From the NCBI GenBank assembly GCA_040376695.1, contig JBEIQD010000001.1, forward strand, positions 217,029-281,028: DNA of 64,000 bases, written 5' to 3'. The notes beneath the pieces are model-generated. The model worked only from the letters and a program-made list of their open reading frames with translations, ran no database searches and was not told the DNA's origin. Numbering within the stretch: position 1 is the first letter of the stretch; the number at the start of each line of letters is the position of its first letter. Below are positions 42,270 through 50,628 of the stretch, one piece after another. This DNA is from Candidatus Nomurabacteria bacterium. Its GTDB lineage: Bacteria > Patescibacteriota > Minisyncoccia > Phycocordibacterales > UBA5272. Made by a program: the position numbers and the translations under genes.

Positions 42270-42649
42270 ATAAATTAGCTTTTAGTGTGATTAATGTGAT
42301 TTGTGCCTCCTGACTGATATCGTACCAAATAAACAGAAGTAAAGTCAAGTATTTGTGCAATAACTTCTATGTGTTTTATAAAACTGTTATTTATCAAGTA
42401 CTTTATGATAGTTATCCACACAGAAATTACTGATTAGAAATGGAATATAATACCTATTAGGCCATTGGTCGAATGCAGAATATGCAAACCTTCTAGCCTT
42501 ATGGTAAAAGCGCGTTGGGATTATGAAAATCTTAACCAGGAGCAGGTCTTTAGAGCATCGGAGCGCGTAGAAGAACATAGCGTAAAAATACCCAGCAATG
42601 AAGCTGGATATTTTAGGACAGTGAGTCGTACCGATACCTAATTATTGTG

Positions 42650-42736
42650 CGGAGAATGTGAGATTCGAACTCACGGACCTAATAAAAGGTCGACGGTTTA
42701 GTAAACCGTTGGTTTAAACCACTCACCCAATTCTCC
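42650..42736 (-). tRNA. Type-II (long variable arm) Ser-like tRNA whose anticodon reads ACT under the canonical fold (unusual)
   Basis: Minus-strand sequence ggagaat...acggt-ttactaa-accgt...gtgag-ttcgaat-ctcac-attctcc-g: 7-bp acceptor, long variable arm, discriminator G (Ser identity), anticodon loop TTACTAA. Confidence 0.6.
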
Positions 42737-42751
42737 ATATTGTTTTCTGTG

Positions 42752-42838
42752 CGGAGACGAGAGGATTCGAACCTCCGAGGGATTTAACTCCCTGCCTCTT
42801 TAGCAAAGAGGTACGTTAGACCACTCTGACACGTCTCC
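42752..42838 (-). tRNA. tRNA-Ser (GCT)
   Basis: Minus-strand ggagacg...cctct-ttgctaa-agagg, long variable arm cagggagttaaatccctcg, T-arm gaggttcgaatcctc, acceptor cgtctcc, discriminator G. Confidence 0.85.
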
Positions 42839-42994
42839 TAACGCCTTGTAAACTATGGTGTACCAAGTTTCCAAGTGATTTCTATACTACCATATTGAGG
42901 GTCTCTTCGCATCTGTAAAAACTGCACCAAAATGCGGAAAGTAGCCTCATTGGCCTGTCTGAAATATACTGTACTCTTATACGTCATACATTAT

Positions 42995-43600
42995 ATGAAA
43001 AGAACAAATATACAGAACATCGCGATTATTACATTTATCGCTATTTTAATTGGTACTGCAGGGTACCTCTTTTACGTGCGAAATGCTCCAGCTAAAATGA
43101 AGACGTACACAAACGCTACGTACGGTGTTTCTTTTGAATACCCAAAGGACTACCAACTTACTGAAACCGCGCTTACTGAAGGACAGAAAGGTACTATGGT
43201 AACTATCCTTGAAAAAGGAGCTGACGTTCCAGAAGCTGGTGAAGGACCAACATCTATCTCACTTGGATTCTATGAAGGCACAGCAACTGCTTCTGCGAAG
43301 GAAAATACCCTTGATGCGTGGATTAAAAATTCTCCAAACTCAAACTGGAAAATTGCAAAACAAACAACTCCTGGTGTAACTACAGTAGCCGATCAAAGTG
43401 CTCGACTCTACACATGGGATGGACTATACCTTGGTACAACTGTTGTAACTCTCCACAAAGGAAATGTACTCATGTTTTCAGTAACATATGACGGTGAAAC
43501 AGATCTAGAAAAACGTGAAGCTTTCACAAAACTTATCGCAAGCCTTAAGCTAACAGAGCCAAACTCTACAGGAACTTCAACTGTTGGTGTGAGCTGGTAA
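42995..43600 (+). CDS. Membrane-anchored extracytoplasmic hypothetical protein
   Basis: N-terminal TM (IAIITFIAILIGTAGYLFYV), then a soluble domain; start placed at MKRTN. Confidence 0.5.
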   Translation: MKRTNIQNIAIITFIAILIGTAGYLFYVRNAPAKMKTYTNATYGVSFEYPKDYQLTETALTEGQKGTMVTILEKGADVPEAGEGPTSISLGFYEGTATASAKENTLDAWIKNSPNSNWKIAKQTTPGVTTVADQSARLYTWDGLYLGTTVVTLHKGNVLMFSVTYDGETDLEKREAFTKLIASLKLTEPNSTGTSTVGVSW

Positions 43601-43674
43601 CACCTGTGTCACGCTGAAACGCAGCATGAAACAAGAGAGGAACGTTTACGGGTGTGGTATATACTAGGGGCATT

Positions 43675-44004
43675 ATGATACGAAAAAATACAAGAGAGTT
43701 TATTGAGTTTGTTCGCGAGAAAGGAGTACTCGGACTCGCAGTAGGTATTATCATGGGAGGTGCAATTACTAAACTTGTGAATTCAATCGTAGAGAATCTT
43801 ATCAATCCTTTCGTTGGAGCAATCACAGGAGCTGCAGGAAACTTAAGCGACATGTCCTACACTGTCCCCTACACAAGTATCATCTTTAAATGGGGAGCGT
43901 TCCTTTCTTCATTGATTGATTTCATCGCAATCGTAGCTGTTGTGTACTTTGTCTTCATGAAGACTCCGATTCTTTCAAAGCTTGATAAGAAGAAGGAAGA
44001 GTAA
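43675..44004 (+). CDS. mscL: Large-conductance mechanosensitive channel
   Basis: FIEFVREKGVLGLAVGIIMGGA N-terminus and a second TM; 109 aa from Met 43675. Confidence 0.85.
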   Translation: MIRKNTREFIEFVREKGVLGLAVGIIMGGAITKLVNSIVENLINPFVGAITGAAGNLSDMSYTVPYTSIIFKWGAFLSSLIDFIAIVAVVYFVFMKTPILSKLDKKKEE

Positions 44005-44025
44005 TATTCATCACGTAGAAACAAC

Positions 44026-44052
44026 AAAACCGTCACTTGCGTGACGGTTTTG
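44026..44052 (+). terminator. Intrinsic terminator after mscL
   Basis: aaaaccgtcacttgcgtgacggttttg. Confidence 0.6.
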
Positions 44053-44089
44053 TTTACTCTGGTATTGAGTATGAGACGAGTGATGTTTT

Positions 44090-44626
44090 TTAATCCATAT
44101 CAGTCTCAATTTTTTTCATGATAGCGAGCACTTCGTCTGGATACGAAGGAAGCACGGTACCGTTATAGTAGTGTAGCTTCTCTCGTGTAGTGTTTCCGGC
44201 ATAGTAACGCGCAGTCTTAGGGTTTCCACCTCCAAGGTTTTTACCGAGCGCTTCAATAGCCTGTTCGTAACTTGAAAAGTTACTTAGCTTACAAGATCCC
44301 CAACCGAATGGGTTATATCCACAAGCTGCTTTACCCCCAGATGATTCGCGAATTCCGATTGCAGGAAGAAGTCTCCAATCAAGACCGTACTTTTCAGCCA
44401 CAAGAACGAATGTCATTCCTGTACCGTGAAGGGGCATTGAACGCTCCTTAAAGTATGTATTAATTGCATCTGCCTTCTGCTGTCGTAAATCTTCAACCGA
44501 TATTTCTACCTTTGTTACAGGTGTCGTATCGAGTGAGCCAATATGTGAAGCTAGTGAGACACTCGGGATGGCCATAAATGGAACAAACGCGAGAATCTGG
44601 CTAACCTTATAAATGTTTTTGATCAT
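44090..44626 (-). CDS. Secreted GH73-like (N-acetylglucosaminidase family) peptidoglycan hydrolase candidate
   Basis: Signal-peptide-like start MIKNIYKVSQILAFVPFMAIPSVSLA. IGIRESSGGKAACGYNPFGWG resembles the glucosaminidase catalytic E-S..G...N.FG block. Start moved to 44626 because the ORF-track N-terminus runs into the dispersed repeat. Confidence 0.45.
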   Translation of the reverse strand: MIKNIYKVSQILAFVPFMAIPSVSLASHIGSLDTTPVTKVEISVEDLRQQKADAINTYFKERSMPLHGTGMTFVLVAEKYGLDWRLLPAIGIRESSGGKAACGYNPFGWGSCKLSNFSSYEQAIEALGKNLGGGNPKTARYYAGNTTREKLHYYNGTVLPSYPDEVLAIMKKIETDMD

Positions 44627-44633
44627 AATTTCG

Positions 44634-44752
44634 GCAGTTGTGCTCTGCCAACAGTACGTGGTCTGGAAAAAGAAGTGGGTAAAAATAAATACCAAGCAAA
44701 TATTTACTAATAAAAGACTATATTTACTCGGTATTGACTACTTCACTCTTAT
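44634..44752. repeat. Copy A of an about 115-bp dispersed intergenic repeat (copy B at 54772..54880, roughly 80% identity, same orientation)
   Basis: Both start gcagttgtgctctgccaaca and end actacttcactcttat, with internal ...ccaagcaaatattta(c/t)taataaa... conserved. Confidence 0.7.
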
Positions 44753-44857
44753 GTTGCAATTGTAGCATACCTGAAACGACTTGTCAAGTAAAATACAACG
44801 ATTTTGCCCTATTTGTCAAAAAATAGTCTCTAAAAAGCCTTATTCTATAAGGATTTC

Positions 44858-44885
44858 TTGCCAAAGCACCCAAAAATGCTAGAAT
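44858..44885 (+). promoter_or_regulatory. Candidate sigma-70 promoter for tRNA-Glu
   Basis: TTGCCA, 16-nt spacer, TAGAAT, about 45 nt upstream of the tRNA 5' end. Confidence 0.4.
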
Positions 44886-44930
44886 AGTCAAATATTGAAT
44901 CTTTTGAAGAAATGAGACCAATATACCTTT

Positions 44931-45002
44931 GGCCCTATCGTCTATCGGTTAGGACGTATCCTTCTCAAGGATAAAAGCAGAGTTCGACTCTCTGTAGGGT
45001 CA
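44931..45002 (+). tRNA. tRNA-Glu (CTC)
   Basis: Acceptor ggcccta/tagggtc, D-arm gtct...ggac, anticodon arm tatcc-ttctcaa-ggata, T-arm cagag-ttcgact-ctctg. Confidence 0.8.
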
Positions 45003-45003
45003 C

Positions 45004-45046
45004 AATACAAGAAAACCAGCCCCAAAGGCTGGTTTTCTTGTATTGT
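45004..45046 (+). terminator. Long perfect hairpin right after tRNA-Glu (terminator or processing signal)
   Basis: caatacaagaaaaccagcc ccaaa ggctggttttcttgtattg. Confidence 0.5.
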
Positions 45047-45134
45047 GAGCTCTTTCTACATATTTGATTTGTCTCCCGAAAAGGAATAGGCTAGAGAGGA
45101 AATCAGTTCCTACAAACAAACTTGGAGAAATACC

Positions 45135-45704
45135 ATGAAAACCATAGTGGCAGCTACCCTCTCCGCCTTTCTGCACGTGGGTGCTTTAGCTCAACTGGAC
45201 CAATCTGTCTACAGCGTTACAAACCTACTCGACGAAAAGAAAAGTCGGCTTGAGATCTGGAAACTCCACATACCAATGGATGTGGAAGTTGAGTATGAGC
45301 TTACCAAAGAGCCTTTTGACAAAAGGAGCACCCCTTTTGAAAAGCACGTACAACGAGAATACTTCAAAGAGATCCATCAGGCGGGACAACCCACCTACTT
45401 CAGGGAAAGACTTACTGAGGACCCCGATGAAATGCGGAATGGGCGGCGAAGCTACGGCTACATCGAAGAACGAGATGTCAAAACCCATGACGTAGTTAAT
45501 AGCTTCCCTGTTTTTTACGAAGTGGCGGGAATAGCTGACTACAAACGTGCGACGTTCAAGATATACCTCCCTGATGGAATCGAGGAAGTTGTGACAAGAG
45601 ATTTTTTGCGGGGTTTTTATTACCTCCCTTTCCAGGAACGTCGCGTCGTTAGCCAACGAGGCGTCGTTGTAAGTCACTTGCTCTACAAATACGAAAGAAA
45701 ATAA
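45135..45704 (+). CDS. Secreted hypothetical protein, GC-richer than its surroundings
   Basis: Signal peptide MKTIVAATLSAFLHVGALAQ. Preferred over the overlapping minus-strand ORF 45225..45725. Confidence 0.5.
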   Translation: MKTIVAATLSAFLHVGALAQLDQSVYSVTNLLDEKKSRLEIWKLHIPMDVEVEYELTKEPFDKRSTPFEKHVQREYFKEIHQAGQPTYFRERLTEDPDEMRNGRRSYGYIEERDVKTHDVVNSFPVFYEVAGIADYKRATFKIYLPDGIEEVVTRDFLRGFYYLPFQERRVVSQRGVVVSHLLYKYERK

Positions 45705-45743
45705 CAATAAGCGAACTACACACAAGCACCCCTTTCACAAGGG

Positions 45744-45959
45744 GTGCTTTATCATACAAACATGTTAGGATACATACATATGACAACTCCAACGACACCT
45801 TTCAGTAGAAAATGTCTCTTTTGTAAAATCGATTTAAACACTCGAAGTGGTTTCGAAACACGTGAGGATAAAGATACGATAAAGTATTGCAGTAGTAAGT
45901 GCCGAAAAGCTGATATTAGAAACTCTGGCAAAATGCAGCGTTCAAAAGCAAAGAGATAA
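45744..45959 (+). CDS. Small putative zinc-ribbon protein (true start may be Met 45781)
   Basis: CLFCK...YCSSKCRK four-Cys arrangement, basic C-terminus. Confidence 0.35.
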   Translation: MLYHTNMLGYIHMTTPTTPFSRKCLFCKIDLNTRSGFETREDKDTIKYCSSKCRKADIRNSGKMQRSKAKR

Positions 45960-45962
45960 CTC

Positions 45963-47246
45963 TTACGGCTTTAGAAGCCATTGCTTCTCTTGGCGAACTA
46001 AAACCTTTCGAGGGTCATGTGTCTCTGCTAGGATCATTTTCACTGCGTATTCCATACGAACGCTTTGAGATCCTTTCATATACACAACATCTCCTTCTCG
46101 AAGGACCTGTACTAATTCCTTTCCTGCATCAATTGATGTATCGCACTGCATAATGTTTTCATCGAGCATTTTTCCATCGAGCGCTCCTTCTGCTATAGTT
46201 CGCGCGCGAATACCAACCGTGTACAGCTTGTGGGCAGATTTTGCTGCCTCAAGACCGATTTTATAGTGTTCGTCTCGTGTGAACTCACCAAGTTCAAGCA
46301 TGTCTCCAAGTACGGCAATCTTTCTACCTTTAGTATCAATCTGTCCCAGTGTTGCAAGTCCATGTTCAACAGCCTTAGGAGAAGCGTTGTACGAGTCATC
46401 GATAATAATTGATCCGTTCATTCCTGGCAGGATTCGCATGCGCCCTTTTGGCTTATCTCCGTCACGAAGTGCAGCACATGCGATTTCAAGAGATACACCG
46501 AGTTCGCGAGCAACGGCAAGTGCGGGTAACGCAGAATAAACAGAAGATTTACCAACCACTTCTGGAAGCACAAGGTGGTGAGATGTTCCATCAATCATCA
46601 CATCGGTTTCTGTTCCATCAAGTGGAGTACCGTACATACGAACATTGTTTGCTTTAATATCAGCCTGTTCATGAATACCTACCCCCACCTTTCGAGCCTC
46701 TGTCTTGGTAAGCAATGTTGCTGCGTCGTGATCGTCCGCGTTGTAAATAAAAAGACCAGACTCTTTAAGTGCAGATACAAGGTGTGCTTTTTCGGCAACT
46801 ACGGCATCGCGGTCTTTGAAAAATTCGATATGTACTGGCACCTGTCCGAACTGAGTAACAACGGTGATGTCAGGTGTTAGCCAACTTGTAATTGCTTTAA
46901 TATCCCCTGGTCTGTCTGCACCAATTTCAAGAATTAAGTGTGTTGGGTATTGTTTATTAAACGGAACAAGTAATCCACGTCCCAAAATCCCAGCCCAGCG
47001 TGCAGGACTACTCCATCCTGACTTCTCTCCTAAGATAGTAAGCGGTACTCCAAATTCACTATTTAAACTTTTCTCACTACGGCGTACATGAAAACTATCT
47101 TTCATCACCGCGTAGATGGCGTCTTTGGTTGAAGTCTTTCCAAGGTTTCCTGTCACTCCGATAATAAACGGTTTCTGGCGAGCTAGGATGAGCTTTGCCT
47201 CCCATGTAAGAAGTTTAATAATGAGAGGTTTAAAGAGGTCTTTCAT
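45963..47246 (-). CDS. murF: UDP-MurNAc-tripeptide--D-Ala-D-Ala ligase MurF lacking the usual N-terminal domain
   Basis: Mur-ligase P-loop GVTGNLGKTSTKD, and GVPLTILG, DDSYNASP, IAVLGDMLELGE blocks alignable to MurF; 427 aa. Confidence 0.78.
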   Translation of the reverse strand: MKDLFKPLIIKLLTWEAKLILARQKPFIIGVTGNLGKTSTKDAIYAVMKDSFHVRRSEKSLNSEFGVPLTILGEKSGWSSPARWAGILGRGLLVPFNKQYPTHLILEIGADRPGDIKAITSWLTPDITVVTQFGQVPVHIEFFKDRDAVVAEKAHLVSALKESGLFIYNADDHDAATLLTKTEARKVGVGIHEQADIKANNVRMYGTPLDGTETDVMIDGTSHHLVLPEVVGKSSVYSALPALAVARELGVSLEIACAALRDGDKPKGRMRILPGMNGSIIIDDSYNASPKAVEHGLATLGQIDTKGRKIAVLGDMLELGEFTRDEHYKIGLEAAKSAHKLYTVGIRARTIAEGALDGKMLDENIMQCDTSIDAGKELVQVLREGDVVYMKGSQSVRMEYAVKMILAETHDPRKVLVRQEKQWLLKP

Positions 47247-47368
47247 GAGGGCGAATGAAGTTTTTGACGTTAGGTCAGTTAGTTATCGGTTAGTTATATT
47301 GCCTGCTAAGAATCTACTTATTATAACATGAGAGCGACACCGTAGGTGTCGCTCTCATGTATCTTCTA

Positions 47369-49924
47369 TTACTTTGCAGCCATCAATTGCTGATGCTCTT
47401 CTGTGTTTAATTCACCACATTTCTTCCACTTCTTTCCCGATCCACACGGACATTCATCATTACGTCCAATCTTTTCTTTTGTAGTACTTGCGTCAACTCC
47501 TCCTTGATTAGGAATAACTGGTACGAAGTTCTGAGCTGCAGCTGCCTGTGCCTGCTGCTGTGCGAAAAATCCGTCTAGATTTTCTATAAAGAGGACGAGC
47601 TCTCCTCGAAGTGTTGCTTCGAGATTCTTGAAAGCTCGAAGGCCTTCTTTCTTGTATTCAACAAGCGGATCTCGTTGTCCGTATGCACGAAGGTTCACAG
47701 AACTACGAAGATGTTCCATAGAATCCAAATGTTCCATCCACAATGTATCAATAATCTGGAGCATCATAACACGCACGATATGGTGCACAGCTTCTTTCGA
47801 ATACTTTTCTTCCTTAGCTTTAATAGTGTCAGCAAGTTCTGGTTTTTCTGCAACAAGTTCTGCAAAGATTTCTTCAACAATTCCCTCATCACCATAGAGA
47901 ATCTTGCGACGCTTACTATAAATACTTGTACGCTGGTGGTTTAACACATCGTCATACTGAAGTGTGTGCTTTCGAGTATCAAAGTGGAATCCTTCAATCT
48001 TTTCCTGAGCTCCTTCAAGGGCGCGAGATACAAGCTTTGAAGCAACAGGCTCATCTTCTGGAATACCGAAACGTCCCATCATGTTTTTAATGTTTGATGA
48101 ACCGAACACACGCATCAAATCATCTTCGAGTGACACAAAGAACTGTGTTTCTCCAACATCCCCCTGACGTCCTGAGCGACCACGAAGCTGATTGTCGATA
48201 CGACGAGCTTCATGACGTTCTGTACCAATAACGTACAAACCTCCGTACGAAAGCACATCTTCTCGTTCTGAATCTGTAGCTGATGGACCTCCCAACTTGA
48301 TGTCCACTCCACGACCCGCCATGTTTGTAGCAATAGTTACTGCACCTTTCTTTCCGGCTTCTGCAACAATTTCTCCTTCCTTCTCATGATTCTTCGCATT
48401 AAGAACAGCATGTGGCACACCTGCACGCTTAAGGTATTCTGAAATTTCTTCGTTCTTTTCAATTGAAATGGTACCAATAAGAACAGGCTGCCCTTTTTCG
48501 TGAAGTTCCTTCACCTTTTTAGTGAGTGCTTGCCACTTACCTTTTTCTGTTTGGAAAATATAATCCTCATGATCCTTACGTCTAATTTCGTTATGAGTTG
48601 GGACAGGTGTAACAACAAGACCATACACCTTATAGAATTCTTCCTTTGAAGTTTCTGCTGTTCCTGTCATTCCTGCAAGCTTTTCATAGAAACGGAAATA
48701 GTTCTGGAATGTGATGGAAGCAAGTGTACGTGACTCTTGTTCAATCTTTACTCCTTCTTTTGCTTCCACTGCCTGATGAAGACCATCTGACCAACGACGT
48801 CCTGGTTGCATGCGACCAGTGAACTCATCCACAATAACAACAGCACCATCACGTACTACGTATTCACGTTCACGAAGAAAGAGTGCTTTTGCTTTAACAG
48901 CTGTTTCTAGGTGGTGCACCTGCTTTACTCCTTCTATAGAGTAAATGTTTCCAATACCGAGTGCGCTTTCTGCTTTTGTGATACCCGCTTCTGTTAAAGA
49001 AATAGCTCGCTGCTTTTCATCTACCGTATAGTCGTCTCCTTCGATAAGATCATTAGCAATGTGTGAAAACTTTTTGTATAAATCACTTGATTCCTGAGCT
49101 GGCGCAGAAATAATGAGTGGTGTACGTGCTTCATCGATAAGGATTGAGTCGATTTCATCCACAATCGCATAATGGTGAGTGTGCTGTGCAATAGCTTCTT
49201 TACTATACCCAATATTGTCACGAAGGTAATCGAACCCAAATTCGTTGTTTGTTCCGTATGTAATGTCTGCCAAGTACGCTTCCTGACGATTACAACTCTT
49301 AAGGAAATCATATACCACTTTGTATGAACCAACTTCATCACGAATAGCGTCTTCTTCTGTTTGAACTTTCGCACTTGAGTCATACATGAATGATGTCTGG
49401 TGGTTGATTACTGAAACAGAAAGACCGAGCGCGTCATATACCTGCCCCATCCACACTGCATCACGACGTGAAAGATAATCATTCACAGTAACAATGTGCA
49501 CACCACGTCCTGTGAGTGCATTCAAATACGCAGGAAGTGTTGCAACAAGGGTTTTACCTTCTCCTGTTCTCATTTCTGCAATGTGTCCACGGTGAAGAAG
49601 CATTCCTCCTATAACCTGTACACGATAGTGCATCATATGGAGCGTTCTTCGAGCACTTTCACGCACAAGAGCAAATGCTTCAGGAAGAACTTCATCAAGT
49701 ACTTTCTTTTCAACACGCTTTAGTTCGTCACCCTTGAGACCAACAAGCTCTTTCATAACGCGAGCCTTAAGAGCAAGACCTCTATTCTTAAGAAGCTCAT
49801 CAGTGAGTCCTTTTAATTCTTCTTCGTACGAAAATACCTTGTCAGCAACAGGTTGGAGAGATTTTATAAGCTTTTTTGACTCGTCTGGGAAAATAGACGC
49901 AATTCCTTTAGAAAATAGAGACAT
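47369..49924 (-). CDS. secA: Preprotein translocase ATPase SecA
   Basis: 851 aa; DEAD-like motor motifs, preprotein cross-linking domain, and a C-terminal zinc-binding CPCGSGKKWKKC. Confidence 0.95.
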   Translation of the reverse strand: MSLFSKGIASIFPDESKKLIKSLQPVADKVFSYEEELKGLTDELLKNRGLALKARVMKELVGLKGDELKRVEKKVLDEVLPEAFALVRESARRTLHMMHYRVQVIGGMLLHRGHIAEMRTGEGKTLVATLPAYLNALTGRGVHIVTVNDYLSRRDAVWMGQVYDALGLSVSVINHQTSFMYDSSAKVQTEEDAIRDEVGSYKVVYDFLKSCNRQEAYLADITYGTNNEFGFDYLRDNIGYSKEAIAQHTHHYAIVDEIDSILIDEARTPLIISAPAQESSDLYKKFSHIANDLIEGDDYTVDEKQRAISLTEAGITKAESALGIGNIYSIEGVKQVHHLETAVKAKALFLREREYVVRDGAVVIVDEFTGRMQPGRRWSDGLHQAVEAKEGVKIEQESRTLASITFQNYFRFYEKLAGMTGTAETSKEEFYKVYGLVVTPVPTHNEIRRKDHEDYIFQTEKGKWQALTKKVKELHEKGQPVLIGTISIEKNEEISEYLKRAGVPHAVLNAKNHEKEGEIVAEAGKKGAVTIATNMAGRGVDIKLGGPSATDSEREDVLSYGGLYVIGTERHEARRIDNQLRGRSGRQGDVGETQFFVSLEDDLMRVFGSSNIKNMMGRFGIPEDEPVASKLVSRALEGAQEKIEGFHFDTRKHTLQYDDVLNHQRTSIYSKRRKILYGDEGIVEEIFAELVAEKPELADTIKAKEEKYSKEAVHHIVRVMMLQIIDTLWMEHLDSMEHLRSSVNLRAYGQRDPLVEYKKEGLRAFKNLEATLRGELVLFIENLDGFFAQQQAQAAAAQNFVPVIPNQGGVDASTTKEKIGRNDECPCGSGKKWKKCGELNTEEHQQLMAAK

Positions 49925-50138
49925 AAGGGTTACATTATAGCATATTTAGAGGCATTTTACCTTAATCAATTTATACAAATTATGTTAAATTTCAATTTCT
50001 AATTATGTGATACTTTTACTCCCAAACTGCTTCAGATACGCGAAGCTTAAGAATTTTTCGAAGAAGATCTAGTTGACCTACATCGCCTGAGAAAAATTCT
50101 GTAGCGACAAAGTAGATGAAATAGTTTTGGAGTAAAAA

Positions 50139-50170
50139 CAAAAAACACTCCGTGGGAGTGGAGTGTTTTT
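50139..50170 (-). terminator. Intrinsic terminator after the histone-like micro-gene
   Basis: aaaaaacactccgtgggagtggagtgtttttt. Confidence 0.55.
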
Positions 50171-50189
50171 TGCAAATCGCAAGCGATGA

Positions 50190-50300
50190 CTATGCACGCT
50201 TTGCTGACTTCTTCTTTGCAACTTTCTTTGTAGCCTTCTTTGCTGCCTTCTTGACTGCCTTCTTTGCTACTTTCTTTGCTGCTTTCTTCTTTGCTGCCAT
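50190..50300 (-). CDS. 36-aa Lys/Ala-rich histone H1/Hc1-like basic micro-protein
   Basis: MAAKKKAAKKVAKKAVKKAAKKATKKVAKKKSAKRA. It has its own TATAAT about 14 nt upstream of the ATG and its own terminator; the upstream part of the ORF-track frame (50301..50408) is unlikely to be coding. Confidence 0.5.
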   Translation of the reverse strand: MAAKKKAAKKVAKKAVKKAAKKATKKVAKKKSAKRA

Positions 50301-50584
50301 AAAATTATTTTTATTATACAAATAAGAGAGTGTTTTGTAATTTGTTTTATGATCACGACCATGATCACTACTCTCTGATGTAAGTATGACACTCATACAC
50401 ATACGCACAAGAGAAAAAAAATTTTTATGTGTGGATAACTCAAACTATTTTTTAAATAAAAAAAATTAAAAATAATTTTAAAAAATAAAAAGAAAATAGT
50501 TGTATCTTTGTACATGCAAACGCGAAGATTTTGCAAAATAAATACATATACCACTACCTACATAAAGCGCTTACATATCAAGAT

Positions 50585-50611
50585 AAAAGCGATGCTCATT
50601 GCATCGCTTTT
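50585..50611 (-). terminator. Intrinsic terminator after the SET-domain gene
   Basis: aaaagcgatgctcattgcatcgctttt. Confidence 0.55.
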
Positions 50612-50628
50612 ATCTTTACCCTTTATTA

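Noticed and set aside
44627-44695. N-terminal 23 codons of ORF 44090..44695
   Set aside because: They run into the dispersed repeat copy A. The internal Met at 44626 gives a signal-peptide-like start.
45225-45725. 166-aa minus-strand ORF
   Set aside because: It overlaps the plus-strand ORF 45135..45704, which has a convincing signal peptide and better coding look. Only one can be real, and the plus strand is preferred.
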